A stretch of 64,000 nt of DNA from Candidatus Hydrothermales bacterium. Lineage in GTDB: Bacteria > Hydrothermota > Hydrothermia > Hydrothermales > JAJRUZ01. Shown one piece after another: positions 1 through 10,024 of the stretch. The stretch covers positions 363,059 to 427,058 of the forward strand of contig JBCNVI010000001.1 in the NCBI GenBank assembly GCA_039630235.1, given 5' to 3'. How positions within the stretch are numbered: position 1 is the stretch's first letter; every line of letters starts with the position of its first letter. A model generated the notes under the pieces. It saw only the letters and a list, made by a program, of their open reading frames with translations, made no database searches and was not told the DNA's origin. The position numbers and the translations under genes are program-made.

Positions 1-2239
1 TTTTCATCATATTCTCATATCTTCTTTTTGCATTCAAATTCGCATAGTTATAATGACAATCACCTATATGACAACCTGACCATAAAACTGCACCTGCCCC
101 CTTTCTTAAAGCATGTATTACAAAATCAGGCTTAATCCTTGCTGAACACATCGATCTAATTATTCTTGCGTTTGGTGGATATTGGAACCTCGAAACACCT
201 GCAAGATCAGCACCTGCATAAGAACACCAGTTACAAGCAAAAACAATAATCTTTTCTGAGGGATTCTCCTCCAAAAGGGCATCTATCTGCGCATATATAG
301 CCTCATCCGGGAAGTGCCTCATATCTATCGCTTCAGATGGACACTCAGCACCACAAGCTCCACACCCAGCACAAGAAGCCTCAATCAGCTTAGGAACATT
401 CCTCTCTTCTTTACTCCAAATCCATGCATTATATGGACAAACATTTGCACACATACCACATCTTTTACAAGCTTCAGGATCTATAACAGGAGTTAATGCT
501 TCTACGGTCACCTCTCCTTTCGCCATTAAAATACCTGCTCTTGCTGCTGCGGCTGATGCTTGAGTTACGCTGTCTTTTATATCCTTTGGCCCTTCCGCAC
601 AACCTGCAAGAAACACACCACCTATTGCTGTATCAACAGGCTTTAACTTAGGGTGTGACTCCAAATAAAAACCATCTTCTGATAAACTTAAGGCAAGTTT
701 CTTTTGAACTTCATCCCTATCTCTTCGTGGAACAAGACCAACAGAGAGAATTATCATATCGGTTTCAAGCTCAACTGTCCTTGAAAGTAACGTATCCTCT
801 GCATATATCTTGAGTCTTTTATCAGGCAACTCTTCAACACGTGAGGGTAATCCCCTTATATAGATCACTCCCTCTTCCTTACTTCTTCTATAAAGATCCT
901 CAAAACCTTTACCAAAGGCTCTCATATCTTGATAGAAAACGTAAATTTGGGTATCGGGCCAGTGCTCCTTAATAAGGAGGGCATCCTTAACTGTGTTCAT
1001 GCAGCACACATTTGAACAGTACTTGTTTGTTCTAAGATCTCTTGAACCTACACATTGAATAAAGGAAACAATCTTTGGAATTTTACCATCTGAGGGTCTT
1101 ATGAGATTTCCTTTGGTTGGACCTGCTGAATTTATAAGTCTTTCAAACTCAAGAGAGGTTATGACGTTCTCATAGATTCCATAGCCATAATCGTTATTTT
1201 CCCTTGGATCGTACACATCCATTCCGGTAGCAACTATTATCGTTCCAACATCAATTTCAACTATCTCGTCCTTATCGTTAAAGTTTATTGCCTTCTTTTC
1301 ACAGGCTGCAAGACACTCCTCACAAACTATGGCACCTGCTTTAATGTTTAAACAGAGTTTTGGATCAATTATGTATTGAGTTGGAACAGCCTGAGGGAAG
1401 GGAATATAAATCGCTTTTCTTGTCGCCATACCAACATCAAACTCATTGGGATGCTCTTGAGGACAAACCTTTGAACAATCTCCGCAGGCTGTGCACTCTT
1501 TTGTTACGTATCTTGCCTTCTTCTCAATTTTAACATGAAAGTTTCCTATATAACCTGTAATTTCTTTTACGGTAGAATTTGTAAAGATCTTTATGTTGGG
1601 ATGTCTTCCAGCCTCAGCCATCTTAGGAGCAAGAATACAAATTGAACAGTCCATAGTGGGGAAAGTCTTATCAATCTGAGCCATTCTTCCTCCTATTGAA
1701 GGCTCCTTTTCTACCATGAAAACTTCGTAACCTGTATCGGCAAGATCAAGAGCAGCTTGAATACCTGCAACTCCACCACCTATTACCAAAGCTTTTCTGA
1801 TTATCGGGACTTTAGGCTCCTTCTGTTCTTTTAAAAACCTTGCTCTTGCTACAGCTGCCTTAACAAGGTCTTTAGCTTTTTCAGTAGCTGCTTTCCTATC
1901 ATAAAGATGAACCCATGAACAGTGTTCCCTGATATTTGCCATCTCGAGCAAGTATTTATTAAGTCCTGCTTCCTCAATTGCCTTTCTAAAGGTGGGTTCA
2001 TGTAGCCTTGGTGAACAAGATGCTACAACTACTCTGTTTAGTTTATATTCTTTAATATCTCTTTTTATTATCTCTTGACCTGGTTCAGAGCAGGTGTACT
2101 TATAGTCTCTTGCTATAACCACATTAGGTAAAGTAGACGCAAACTGTGAAACATCTATACAATCTACACTTCCTGCTATGTTCAAACCACAATGGCACAC
2201 ATATACTCCTATTCTTATTTCTTCTCCGCTCTGTTTCAT
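1..2239 (-). CDS. hdrA: Heterodisulfide reductase subunit A (HdrA) with fused C-terminal MvhD-like domain. The 3' end runs off the window start.
   Basis: Hand translation of the minus strand from the ATG at 2237-2239, which has a GGGGG RBS. N-terminal Cys cluster ([10 protein letters not shown]), FAD fold GxGxxG ([18 protein letters not shown]) and ferredoxin CxxCxxCxxxCP motifs. C-terminal [15 protein letters not shown]...GCHIGDCHY is MvhD-like. No stop codon is reached before position 1. The gene is absent from the ORF track because it has no in-window stop. Confidence 0.75.
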   Translation of the reverse strand, partial: MKQSGEEIRIGVYVCHCGLNIAGSVDCIDVSQFASTLPNVVIARDYKYTCSEPGQEIIKRDIKEYKLNRVVVASCSPRLHEPTFRKAIEEAGLNKYLLEMANIREHCSWVHLYDRKAATEKAKDLVKAAVARARFLKEQKEPKVPIIRKALVIGGGVAGIQAALDLADTGYEVFMVEKEPSIGGRMAQIDKTFPTMDCSICILAPKMAEAGRHPNIKIFTNSTVKEITGYIGNFHVKIEKKARYVTKECTACGDCSKVCPQEHPNEFDVGMATRKAIYIPFPQAVPTQYIIDPKLCLNIKAGAIVCEECLAACEKKAINFNDKDEIVEIDVGTIIVATGMDVYDPRENNDYGYGIYENVITSLEFERLINSAGPTKGNLIRPSDGKIPKIVSFIQCVGSRDLRTNKYCSNVCCMNTVKDALLIKEHWPDTQIYVFYQDMRAFGKGFEDLYRRSKEEGVIYIRGLPSRVEELPDKRLKIYAEDTLLSRTVELETDMIILSVGLVPRRDRDEVQKKLALSLSEDGFYLESHPKLKPVDTAIGGVFLAGCAEGPKDIKDSVTQASAAAARAGILMAKGEVTVEALTPVIDPEACKRCGMCANVCPYNAWIWSKEERNVPKLIEASCAGCGACGAECPSEAIDMRHFPDEAIYAQIDALLEENPSEKIIVFACNWCSYAGADLAGVSRFQYPPNARIIRSMCSARIKPDFVIHALRKGAGAVLWSGCHIGDCHYNYANLNAKRRYENMMK

Positions 2240-2254
2240 TTTTCCCCCTTTCTT

Positions 2255-3037
2255 TTAAATTGTCAAAGGTTTTATTCTATGAAATTCAAAACCTATTTTA
2301 TTTTTATCAAGTCCAAGTGAATAAGCTAAAAGTTCAAAATAAAAGTAAACGGGTAATTCTCTTTTTTCATGCACAAGCACATTCTCAAAATGGGAAAAGC
2401 AAGAAGGACATATAACAACTATTCCATCAACTTCCCCAAAACTTTCAATTCTTTTCTTTGCTAATAAGTAGGAAAGTTCTTTATCTGTTAGTGAGTTAGG
2501 ATAACCGCAGCATTCATCTTTAGCAACTATCGCCTCGGTCCCCAAAAGTTCAATCATTTCCTTTAATATATTCACTTTTTTTAGCTCTCCAAACTCTTCA
2601 GAAATTAGGGCGCTTGGTCTTTTAAAATGGCAACCTTCATGAACTGCAAATTTTTTTCCATTAAGTGGAACAACTATTTTACTTTTTATTTCATTTTTTT
2701 TATTTTTCCACAGGGTGTAAATAAGGTGCTCTACTCTAAATGACTTTAAATTAGCAGAACTTTTCTTAATGGTATAAAGTGTTTCGAAACAGCCGTTACA
2801 TATAGTAAACATTGTTGATCCTAAACTTTTCGCTTTTTCAAGGTTTTTTAAGCCAATGTTTTTCCAATCTTTATAAGACAAAGATCTAATCCATACTGGA
2901 TCCGGACAGCAGACAAAATCCTCTGCAGTTTTATAGTTTATTTCTAACTTATCGAGAACAAACCTTGTAGAGTAGTCAAAACCCGGAAACTTTCTTAAGG
3001 CAAGACATCCTGGAAAATAAACGAAGTTATCTTTCAT
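2255..3037 (-). CDS. hdrB: Heterodisulfide reductase subunit B-like protein (CCG-domain protein)
   Basis: 260-aa ORF with paired Cys-rich CCG-type motifs (CCPDP, CNGCFE, CCGYP, CPSCF). It lies directly between hdrC and hdrA. Confidence 0.72.
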   Translation of the reverse strand: MKDNFVYFPGCLALRKFPGFDYSTRFVLDKLEINYKTAEDFVCCPDPVWIRSLSYKDWKNIGLKNLEKAKSLGSTMFTICNGCFETLYTIKKSSANLKSFRVEHLIYTLWKNKKNEIKSKIVVPLNGKKFAVHEGCHFKRPSALISEEFGELKKVNILKEMIELLGTEAIVAKDECCGYPNSLTDKELSYLLAKKRIESFGEVDGIVVICPSCFSHFENVLVHEKRELPVYFYFELLAYSLGLDKNKIGFEFHRIKPLTI

Positions 3038-3039
3038 AG

Positions 3040-3453
3040 TTAGCCTCCTATTTTAATAACCTCTTCTCTCCATTTTTTTGCTCTTGGGGAGATCTGAACA
3101 GAAAAGCCTTCTTTTCTAACAAGTACAAGCTCTTGCATAGGAATTTTTGGAGCATAGCCTCTTTCAGTTGCTTTTGTTCTAAGTAAAAATATAATTTCAA
3201 CGAAATTGACCTTTTGGGGACAGTTTTCAAAACATTCATAACAAGTTGTGCATCTCCATATATCCTCTGTTTTTAAAACATCCTCTGCTCCTATATAAAC
3301 CATTTCAATCAGTTTTCTTGGATTAAATTTTTCTGGACTTAAATTAAATACTGGACAAAAGGATGAGCATTTACCGCACTGATAACACATTAAAATGCTG
3401 TGATCTTTCAGTTCTCGACTTATTTCTTCTTTAAAATAGGGATTTAGCCTCAT
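3040..3453 (-). CDS. hdrC: Heterodisulfide reductase subunit C-like 2x[4Fe-4S] protein
   Basis: 137 aa with two ferredoxin motifs, CYQCGKCSSFCP and CTTCYECFENCP. Its ATGA start/stop overlaps the upstream porG. Confidence 0.72.
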   Translation of the reverse strand: MRLNPYFKEEISRELKDHSILMCYQCGKCSSFCPVFNLSPEKFNPRKLIEMVYIGAEDVLKTEDIWRCTTCYECFENCPQKVNFVEIIFLLRTKATERGYAPKIPMQELVLVRKEGFSVQISPRAKKWREEVIKIGG

Positions 3454-4025
3454 CTTTTAACCTCCTCTTTTAAAAATTCCTCAGCAAGTTTTATTCCCTC
3501 CTCAAAGGCTTTTATATTTATATCCACATAGTCCCTTCTAACTGAAATTTCTATCGATTTTTTTAAGGCTTCTGCTGAACATACACCTGTGATTCTTTGA
3601 AGAACACCAAGCATTATTGAATTTGCTACCAGCTTATTTCCCAGCTCTTCAGCTCTTTTTGTAGCTGGAATCGGAATATATTCTATGTCGTATCTTTTAT
3701 TATCAATTGTCACAAGATCAGAGTCATAAATTAGAATTCCTCCACTTTTAATTTTATGAAGATAGGTAGTATAGGCTTCTTGAGACATACAAACAAGAAC
3801 ATCTGGTTCTGTAACTTTAGGATAGGGCACCATTTCATCAGGGTTATCTGCTATAACAACACCTGAGGAGCATGCTCCGCCTCTTGCTTCTGGACCATAA
3901 CTTTGTGTCATAGAACTATTTCTACCCTCAAAAATTGTTATTCCTTGACCAAGAATATAACCTGATAAAACTATTCCTTGGCCACCAAAACCAGCAAATT
4001 GAATTTCTCTTATTGACCTTTTCAT
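3450..4025 (-). CDS. porG: 2-oxoacid:ferredoxin oxidoreductase, gamma subunit
   Basis: 191 aa. The N-terminus FAGFGGQGIVLSGYILG is typical of POR/KOR/VOR gamma subunits. ATGA overlap with the beta subunit. Confidence 0.8.
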   Translation of the reverse strand: MKRSIREIQFAGFGGQGIVLSGYILGQGITIFEGRNSSMTQSYGPEARGGACSSGVVIADNPDEMVPYPKVTEPDVLVCMSQEAYTTYLHKIKSGGILIYDSDLVTIDNKRYDIEYIPIPATKRAEELGNKLVANSIMLGVLQRITGVCSAEALKKSIEISVRRDYVDINIKAFEEGIKLAEEFLKEEVKR

Positions 4026-4873
4026 TTTTCTTCTCTCCTTATTCTCTCGTTATTTTCCATCAAAATTTCTAAATAAGAGGGTTTATTTATATCTACGAAC
4101 TCACCAACAACTATGTTTCCTCCCATTAAAGATAACTCGGCATCTTTTGGATCGATTCCATTTTTGATAATACTTTTTTCTTTATAATACTTCATCTCAT
4201 CAAGACCTTCTCCGATTTTGTTTGGTCTACCAAAGCCAGTTGGACAAGGAGAAATAATTTCAATAAAACTAAATCCTTTCCTCTGTAAAGCCTTTTTAAT
4301 ACTTTGTCTTAGATGATAGGCATGAAGACAAGTCCATCTTGCAACAAAAGTTGCTCCTGCTGATGCTGCAAGATAGGGCAGATTAAAGGGATACTCAAAG
4401 TTTCCATAGGGAGTTGTTGTTGTTTTAGCTTTATATGGCGTAGTGGGACCGAATTGGCCTCCAGTCATTCCATAATTAAAGTTATTTACACATATACAGA
4501 TCAGGTCAAAGTTTCTTCTTGCAGCATGGATGAAATGGTTACCTCCAATTGCTATAATATCTCCGTCACCTGAAAATACGATAACCTTCATTTCTGGTTT
4601 TGCAATTTTAAGACCTATAGCAAAAGGAATAGGCCTTCCGTGAGTTGTGTGATAAGAGTCAACCTTAACGTAACCGGCTACTCTACCAGTACATCCTATA
4701 CCGCTTACAATAGCAATTTCCTTTGGATCAAGATTTAATTCCTCAAAAGCATAAAGCATACTACTCATTGCAATTCCAAGGCCACAACCTGAACACCAAA
4801 TATGAGGCCATCTCTCTTCCCTGATCCACCTTGATAACCTATGTTTAACCTCCTTTTTTACCTGAACCTCCAT
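4022..4873 (-). CDS. porB: 2-oxoacid:ferredoxin oxidoreductase, beta subunit (TPP-binding)
   Basis: 283 aa with a TPP-binding region (GIGCTGR...GDGD) and an N-terminal Cys cluster typical of the beta subunit. Confidence 0.8.
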   Translation of the reverse strand: MEVQVKKEVKHRLSRWIREERWPHIWCSGCGLGIAMSSMLYAFEELNLDPKEIAIVSGIGCTGRVAGYVKVDSYHTTHGRPIPFAIGLKIAKPEMKVIVFSGDGDIIAIGGNHFIHAARRNFDLICICVNNFNYGMTGGQFGPTTPYKAKTTTTPYGNFEYPFNLPYLAASAGATFVARWTCLHAYHLRQSIKKALQRKGFSFIEIISPCPTGFGRPNKIGEGLDEMKYYKEKSIIKNGIDPKDAELSLMGGNIVVGEFVDINKPSYLEILMENNERIRREEK

Positions 4874-4886
4874 TTCTTCCCCCTTT

Positions 4887-6044
4887 TTAAACTCTAATTT
4901 TTAAAAACTCCTTTATCTTCTCTACAATTTCTTGTGGAGTAATTAAATCTCCCCCAAGTTTATTTACTCCTAAAACGGATAAATCACTCTTTAGGGCCTT
5001 TAGCACTTCCCCTCTTACCTGTCCTGAATTAATTTCAGGAACAACGATAAGTGATACTTTTCTTGAGAGCTCCTCAATCTTCTCATAGGGGAAGGGCCAA
5101 ATTGTAATTAATCTAAATAGTCCGGCTTTAATTCCTTCTTTTCTTAAAAGTTGAACAGCTTTTAAAGAACTTCTTGCTGTTATCCCGTAAGATATAAGTA
5201 ATATTTCAGCATCATCTGTTTGAACTTCTTCATACTTTATTATTTTATCTTTATTTTTCTGAATTTTATCGAGTAATCTTCTTACAAGTCTTTCATGAGC
5301 TTCAGCAGTGATATTTGGGTAGCCTCTTTCATCGTGAGTTAAGCCTGTCATATGAACAAAATAGCCTTCACCGGCTAGGGCCATTCTTGGAACAAGATCC
5401 TCGTCAGGTAGGTACGGAAGGTATCCTTCTGGAGAGACGTTTGGTTTTTTTCTATTAACTATCTCTATCTCTGACTCATCTGGAATAACAACTTTTTCTC
5501 TTAAGTGTCCAACAGCTTCGTCAGTAAGTATTATAACTGGTATCCTATAAATTTCAGCTGTATTGAAGGCTTGGATTGTCAAGTCAAACATTTCTTGACA
5601 TGAAGCTGGAGCATAGGCAACAATTTCATAGTCGCCGTGGGAGCCCCATTTTGCCTGCATTATATCTCCTTGACCAACAAGAGTTGGAAGTCCGGTAGAT
5701 GGGGCTCCTCTTTGGACATTTACAATCACGCAGGGTACTTCAAGCATAACAGCAAGTCCAATATTTTCGAGCATTAGTGACATACCAGGACCTGAGGTTG
5801 CGGTCATAGATTTTAGTCCGCCACAGGAGGCTCCAATAATTGCGGCCATTGAGGCAAGTTCATCTTCCATTTGTATAAAGACACCTCCAAATTTTGGGAA
5901 TCGGAGTGAAATCCATTCTGCAATTTCTGTGGAAGGAGTTATAGGGTAACCTGCGAAGAATCTACATCCAGCGGCTATTGCGCCTTCGGCGCAAGCATGG
6001 TCGCCGAGCATATAGTGAACACCTGTAAGTATTTTTGCGCTCAT
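4887..6044 (-). CDS. porA: 2-oxoacid:ferredoxin oxidoreductase, alpha subunit
   Basis: 385 aa with pyruvate-flavodoxin/ferredoxin oxidoreductase alpha-subunit-like domains (transketolase-like core). Overlaps the delta subunit by ATGA. Confidence 0.8.
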   Translation of the reverse strand: MSAKILTGVHYMLGDHACAEGAIAAGCRFFAGYPITPSTEIAEWISLRFPKFGGVFIQMEDELASMAAIIGASCGGLKSMTATSGPGMSLMLENIGLAVMLEVPCVIVNVQRGAPSTGLPTLVGQGDIMQAKWGSHGDYEIVAYAPASCQEMFDLTIQAFNTAEIYRIPVIILTDEAVGHLREKVVIPDESEIEIVNRKKPNVSPEGYLPYLPDEDLVPRMALAGEGYFVHMTGLTHDERGYPNITAEAHERLVRRLLDKIQKNKDKIIKYEEVQTDDAEILLISYGITARSSLKAVQLLRKEGIKAGLFRLITIWPFPYEKIEELSRKVSLIVVPEINSGQVRGEVLKALKSDLSVLGVNKLGGDLITPQEIVEKIKEFLKIRV

Positions 6045-6328
6045 TTTTTCACCTCGACTTTTTCAACGATAATAGCAAATTCAGGGCATATTCTCTCGCA
6101 GAAACCGCATCCTGTGCAATTTTCGGGGTTAAATATAGGGAAGTGATATCCCTTTGAATTTAGTTTAGGAGATCTCGTGAGGGAGTTTGTCGGACAAAAT
6201 TCTATACAGAAGGAACAACCCTTACAGACGTCTTCTAAGATAATTACGTTACCTTTTATTCTTTTTATTTCGTTATAATCAAGAGGAGTCCTCCAAAAAA
6301 CTTCGTTATTCTTTTTTATTTCCTCCAT
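6041..6328 (-). CDS. porD: 2-oxoacid:ferredoxin oxidoreductase, delta subunit (2x[4Fe-4S] ferredoxin)
   Basis: 95 aa with two CxxCxxCxxxCP motifs (CKGCSFCIEFCP, CTGCGFCERICP). It is the first gene of the operon, downstream of an AT-rich promoter region. Confidence 0.78.
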   Translation of the reverse strand: MEEIKKNNEVFWRTPLDYNEIKRIKGNVIILEDVCKGCSFCIEFCPTNSLTRSPKLNSKGYHFPIFNPENCTGCGFCERICPEFAIIVEKVEVKK

Positions 6329-6467
6329 TCCTTAGGCCTCCTTTAAAATTTATTTATTATAAAAAAATTAGTACCCCTTATTAATTTTATCTAAATTTTC
6401 CCTGCTCTAATTTATTAAATAAAAATTTTTACAAATTCAAAATTTATATTTGATTTAAAATAGTTTT
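6329..6467 (-). promoter_or_regulatory. AT-rich intergenic region, probable promoter/5'UTR of the por-hdr operon
   Basis: The only sizeable non-coding gap between the upstream subtilase gene and porD. The seven downstream genes are translationally coupled and leave no room for an internal promoter. Confidence 0.3.
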
Positions 6468-9074
6468 TTAAAAGAAAACTATCTTCTCTTTTTTGGCTCC
6501 TTTTCTTCCTTTTATTTCAACAAAATATATACCAGGTTTTATCCCGTAATCTCTCAATTCAAACTCTAAACTATATAAACCTTTTTCAAAATGGAATCTA
6601 TTCATCAATCTTTGTACCTTCTTTCCTCCTGCATCATATAAATTAATCTCTATTTCATCAGGATAAAGCATTGTAAAGAAAACTCTAAGCTTTGAACCTG
6701 TAACATTTGCATTAAACTTAACAAAATTAACTTTAAAATCATATCTTATTTTTAAAGGACCGTAGTAATAAACTCCCTCAGAAGTCTCAGCTATTGCCTT
6801 ATATTCATACTCTTTACCCTCCTCAACATTCCTATCAATATATCTAAAGGGCGTCTTCAAGAAGCGATTTTCAGAAATAAGTTTAAAATCCTCTCCATCT
6901 TTTTTGTATAATAAGAACCTATTAACAATACCTCCATAATGAAAGGTTATTAAAATACCTTCAGAAACTGAAGACAAAGCAAAGAAACTCTCCACAGAAG
7001 AAAGCTTTTGAATTTGACCAACATTTCCTGTTACAACCAAAGCAAAAGGATATTTAGTTCCTGCAGGTTTCGGCTGCACTACTCTATAAGCCCTTACAAC
7101 AATCCTCCATTCACCCACAGCTGGATTCTGAAGCCTAAAAAGTTCCCATAAATTCAATCTATCAAAAGAACCTCCAGGAGTAGACCATCCTCCTGAAGTG
7201 ACATTTCCCCTATATATAGTGCCAGTAGGACTTATAACTTTTAAATCAAGATCATTGACAATAACAGGATAGGTATTTGCACTTCCAGGGTAATCAATCC
7301 ATGAAAGAACTATAATTAATGGGAAACCACTTCCCAAGACATTCAATCTATACACAATAGAATCACCTGTCGTAAACTGATTATCACCTGGAGGTAAGTC
7401 ACCGTCAACAAATAAAAGTTTTCTTGATTCACCAAACCATAAGGCATCTTCAAGTGTTATCCTTCCTGCACCTTCATAAATGTTTGGAACACCTGAATTA
7501 CCGCTTCCTTCGTCATCATCAATATCATACAGCATATCTCTTGCAGATGCTACAAGGACAGCTCGTACTAAAGCAGATGAGGGATTATGAGAAGGTGCAG
7601 AGTTTCTTGTCCCGTTTCCGTAAAAACCTTCCTTAAAATACTGTATAACTAAGGCAGCTGCCCCTGCTGCTGTTGGTGTAGCCATTGATGTTCCTGAGTA
7701 TGCAATGACAGCACACGCAGTTCCATTATCGGCCGAGTTTACATCTTCTCCAGGTGCTGTTATATCTGTGCCCAAACGATTATCTCCAAGGTTATTAGGT
7801 GCTCCATAGGAACTCCAAGTTGTCTTATATTCCTGATTGGGTGCTCTCCTTGTTGCAACTACTGTTACATCATTTTTTGCAGTAGCTGGTCGAGAAATTC
7901 TTCTTCCATTTCCACAACTTAAAGGTGGAACACAATCACCGCTATTTCCAGCAGCAAAAAAGACATTCATATCAATGTAATTCCAAACAAAATTGTCAAT
8001 ATCAATTGCTTCCCCCTCATAACCACCTGCTGAGCAACGAGTTAGAATCATATTGCAAACGTAACCCCAAGAGTTTGTATGAATCCTTGCACCTTCATTA
8101 TAAGCGTCGCGCAATGCAGTATAAAAACCAGGAGGATTTGCTCCTATAGGCTCTTGAGAAACAAGACGGGCTTTATAAGCCATTCCCCTGTACTGTAAAT
8201 TTGAAGTTTGTTGATCAGTTCCGCCACAGGCAGAACCAGCTGTATGAGTTCCATGATCACCATTTGCAAAACCTCCCCCATCATAATCAAAAAGCCTAAC
8301 CACCTTCTTTAGGCCCCCTACAGTTCCCCTAAAAAAACAATGATTTGTATCGAGCCCATTATCCATATGCCCTATAATAACATTCTGACCACGTATTCCC
8401 CTTGCCCATATTGAGGTATCTACACTTACATTTGTTTGAATAACCCATCTTGAAGCATCATTAAATGTAGTTTTATCATACTCTCTACCAATCACATAGA
8501 CACCTGGGTGATTTGCAATTTCTGAGAGTTTAAAAGGTTCTATTTTTAAACCAAAGGAACAGAGGTGCCTTTCTTCTTCAGTTTTCCTATAACCAACATA
8601 TTCTATCTCTGCCCCAAGGTTTTTCGCCAAAGAAACAACTTCATCAAGATAGGATACATCAAAAACATGAACGTAAAATCTGTGCTTAATGTCCTTTTCT
8701 CTAATATATAAATCAAAAGCTTCACCTGTAAACTTATAAATGGGTTTATAAAGAGAAACCCATCTTACATTCCTAATCAGTGATAGCTCCTTTATCTTTT
8801 CTTGGGGTTCCTTTGAATCAATTTTAACAATAAAGGTGTTTTCATGAACGTACCATGGAGTAAACTCTATTTTATAAAGTGAGGAGAGAGCCTCTCTTTC
8901 CTGTGGAAGAGGTATCTCTTTGAATTGAATTAAGATGTAGTTTACGCCTTCCCTATAGGAACCTTCAAGTTCTGGAAAAACTTTAGGAATTTCATCTTTA
9001 AGGGGATCAAAACTTATAGTATGAAAGTTAATTTTTAAATCGGAGATAAGAAAAAAGAAAATCAAAAATTTCAT
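6468..9074 (-). CDS. Secreted subtilisin-like serine protease (peptidase S8) with T9SS-type C-terminal sorting domain
   Basis: 868 aa with an N-terminal signal peptide. Catalytic triad motifs are HMDNGLDTNH (Asp), GDHGTHTAGSA (His) and GTSMATPTAAGAAALV (Ser). The C-terminus GIYFVEIKGRKGAKKEKIVFF resembles the Por_Secre_tail/CTD. RBS AAAGGGG upstream of the start. Confidence 0.8.
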   Translation of the reverse strand: MKFLIFFFLISDLKINFHTISFDPLKDEIPKVFPELEGSYREGVNYILIQFKEIPLPQEREALSSLYKIEFTPWYVHENTFIVKIDSKEPQEKIKELSLIRNVRWVSLYKPIYKFTGEAFDLYIREKDIKHRFYVHVFDVSYLDEVVSLAKNLGAEIEYVGYRKTEEERHLCSFGLKIEPFKLSEIANHPGVYVIGREYDKTTFNDASRWVIQTNVSVDTSIWARGIRGQNVIIGHMDNGLDTNHCFFRGTVGGLKKVVRLFDYDGGGFANGDHGTHTAGSACGGTDQQTSNLQYRGMAYKARLVSQEPIGANPPGFYTALRDAYNEGARIHTNSWGYVCNMILTRCSAGGYEGEAIDIDNFVWNYIDMNVFFAAGNSGDCVPPLSCGNGRRISRPATAKNDVTVVATRRAPNQEYKTTWSSYGAPNNLGDNRLGTDITAPGEDVNSADNGTACAVIAYSGTSMATPTAAGAAALVIQYFKEGFYGNGTRNSAPSHNPSSALVRAVLVASARDMLYDIDDDEGSGNSGVPNIYEGAGRITLEDALWFGESRKLLFVDGDLPPGDNQFTTGDSIVYRLNVLGSGFPLIIVLSWIDYPGSANTYPVIVNDLDLKVISPTGTIYRGNVTSGGWSTPGGSFDRLNLWELFRLQNPAVGEWRIVVRAYRVVQPKPAGTKYPFALVVTGNVGQIQKLSSVESFFALSSVSEGILITFHYGGIVNRFLLYKKDGEDFKLISENRFLKTPFRYIDRNVEEGKEYEYKAIAETSEGVYYYGPLKIRYDFKVNFVKFNANVTGSKLRVFFTMLYPDEIEINLYDAGGKKVQRLMNRFHFEKGLYSLEFELRDYGIKPGIYFVEIKGRKGAKKEKIVFF

Positions 9075-9142
9075 TTTTCCCCTTTAATAATTATAAGTTA
9101 TCTCATTGCTTAAATCAGTATTCTTACTTTATTCTTTTAAGG

Positions 9143-10024
9143 ATGAAAATAATAATTTTAATTTTTTCCTTTATGACCTTTGACTATGTGCGTATCTCTT
9201 ATACAGGAGTTGAGGCTCTTCAGAAAGATAATCACTTTTTTAAAAGCTTTGAAACCTCAAAGATATTTTTTAGACCTATATTTAATGAAAACCTTAATGA
9301 TAAATTCCTTTTAGCAAGTGGCTATACATCCTACTTTCTAGATATCTATACAGTTTATCTATCTTTAAGTTTTAAGAAATTACCTATAGCGCTTTTTTCA
9401 TTTAATGCAGGTAAATTTGAGGAAACTGATACAAGTGGATTTAAAACTGGCAGAGTAATTACTCCCACTCACTTAGGTTTTATTATAGGAGCGCCTTTTG
9501 TTCCACAAAAAAAACTCTTTGATTTAGAAAAGGGATTAAGTTTAAAAATTTTTTATGTTAAATTAAAAGAGTTTTCGTCATTCGCCTTTGCCTTAGATTT
9601 CTCTATACTAAAAGCCTTTTATTTTAACAACTTACCTTTTAAGGCTTCTCTTGATTTAAGAAATATTGGTATTCCCACAAACAGAAAGGCAAGCTCCTTA
9701 CCGTATGAACTCTCTTTTTCACTTTCAAGTGAACTTAAAAACAAAATAAAAAGCTTTATACCGTCACTTGGATTTTCCGTTGAAAAAAATCTATTTTCCT
9801 ATAGGATTTCTTCTCTTTTGGAATTAAACAGATTCATAAGTTTAGCTATGAACTTTGATTCAAGAAGAAGAGAAACAGCAGAATCAGAGGGACTTCACCG
9901 CGTTGTTACAGGTTTTGGATTAGGTATTTTCTTAAAAGTTAAAAAAGTCTCAACTTTTTACTCCTTTATACCTTCAGGTATTTTTCAAGATCTTCACAAA
10001 GTTGATCTACAAATTAGTTTTTAG
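9143..10024 (+). CDS. Hypothetical outer-membrane protein (signal peptide, C-terminal Phe)
   Basis: 293 aa with a hydrophobic N-terminus, beta-strand-like alternating patterns and a terminal ...LQISF. No recognisable catalytic motif. Confidence 0.45.
   Translation: MKIIILIFSFMTFDYVRISYTGVEALQKDNHFFKSFETSKIFFRPIFNENLNDKFLLASGYTSYFLDIYTVYLSLSFKKLPIALFSFNAGKFEETDTSGFKTGRVITPTHLGFIIGAPFVPQKKLFDLEKGLSLKIFYVKLKEFSSFAFALDFSILKAFYFNNLPFKASLDLRNIGIPTNRKASSLPYELSFSLSSELKNKIKSFIPSLGFSVEKNLFSYRISSLLELNRFISLAMNFDSRRRETAESEGLHRVVTGFGLGIFLKVKKVSTFYSFIPSGIFQDLHKVDLQISF

Noticed and set aside
3048-3239. 63-aa minus-strand ORF overlapping hdrC in another frame
   Set aside because: Entirely embedded in the Fe-S-motif-containing hdrC frame, so it is spurious.
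7424-8149. Plus-strand ORFs (70 and 74 aa) inside the subtilase gene
   Set aside because: They are antisense to a well-supported 868-aa S8 protease gene, have low-complexity composition and no RBS.
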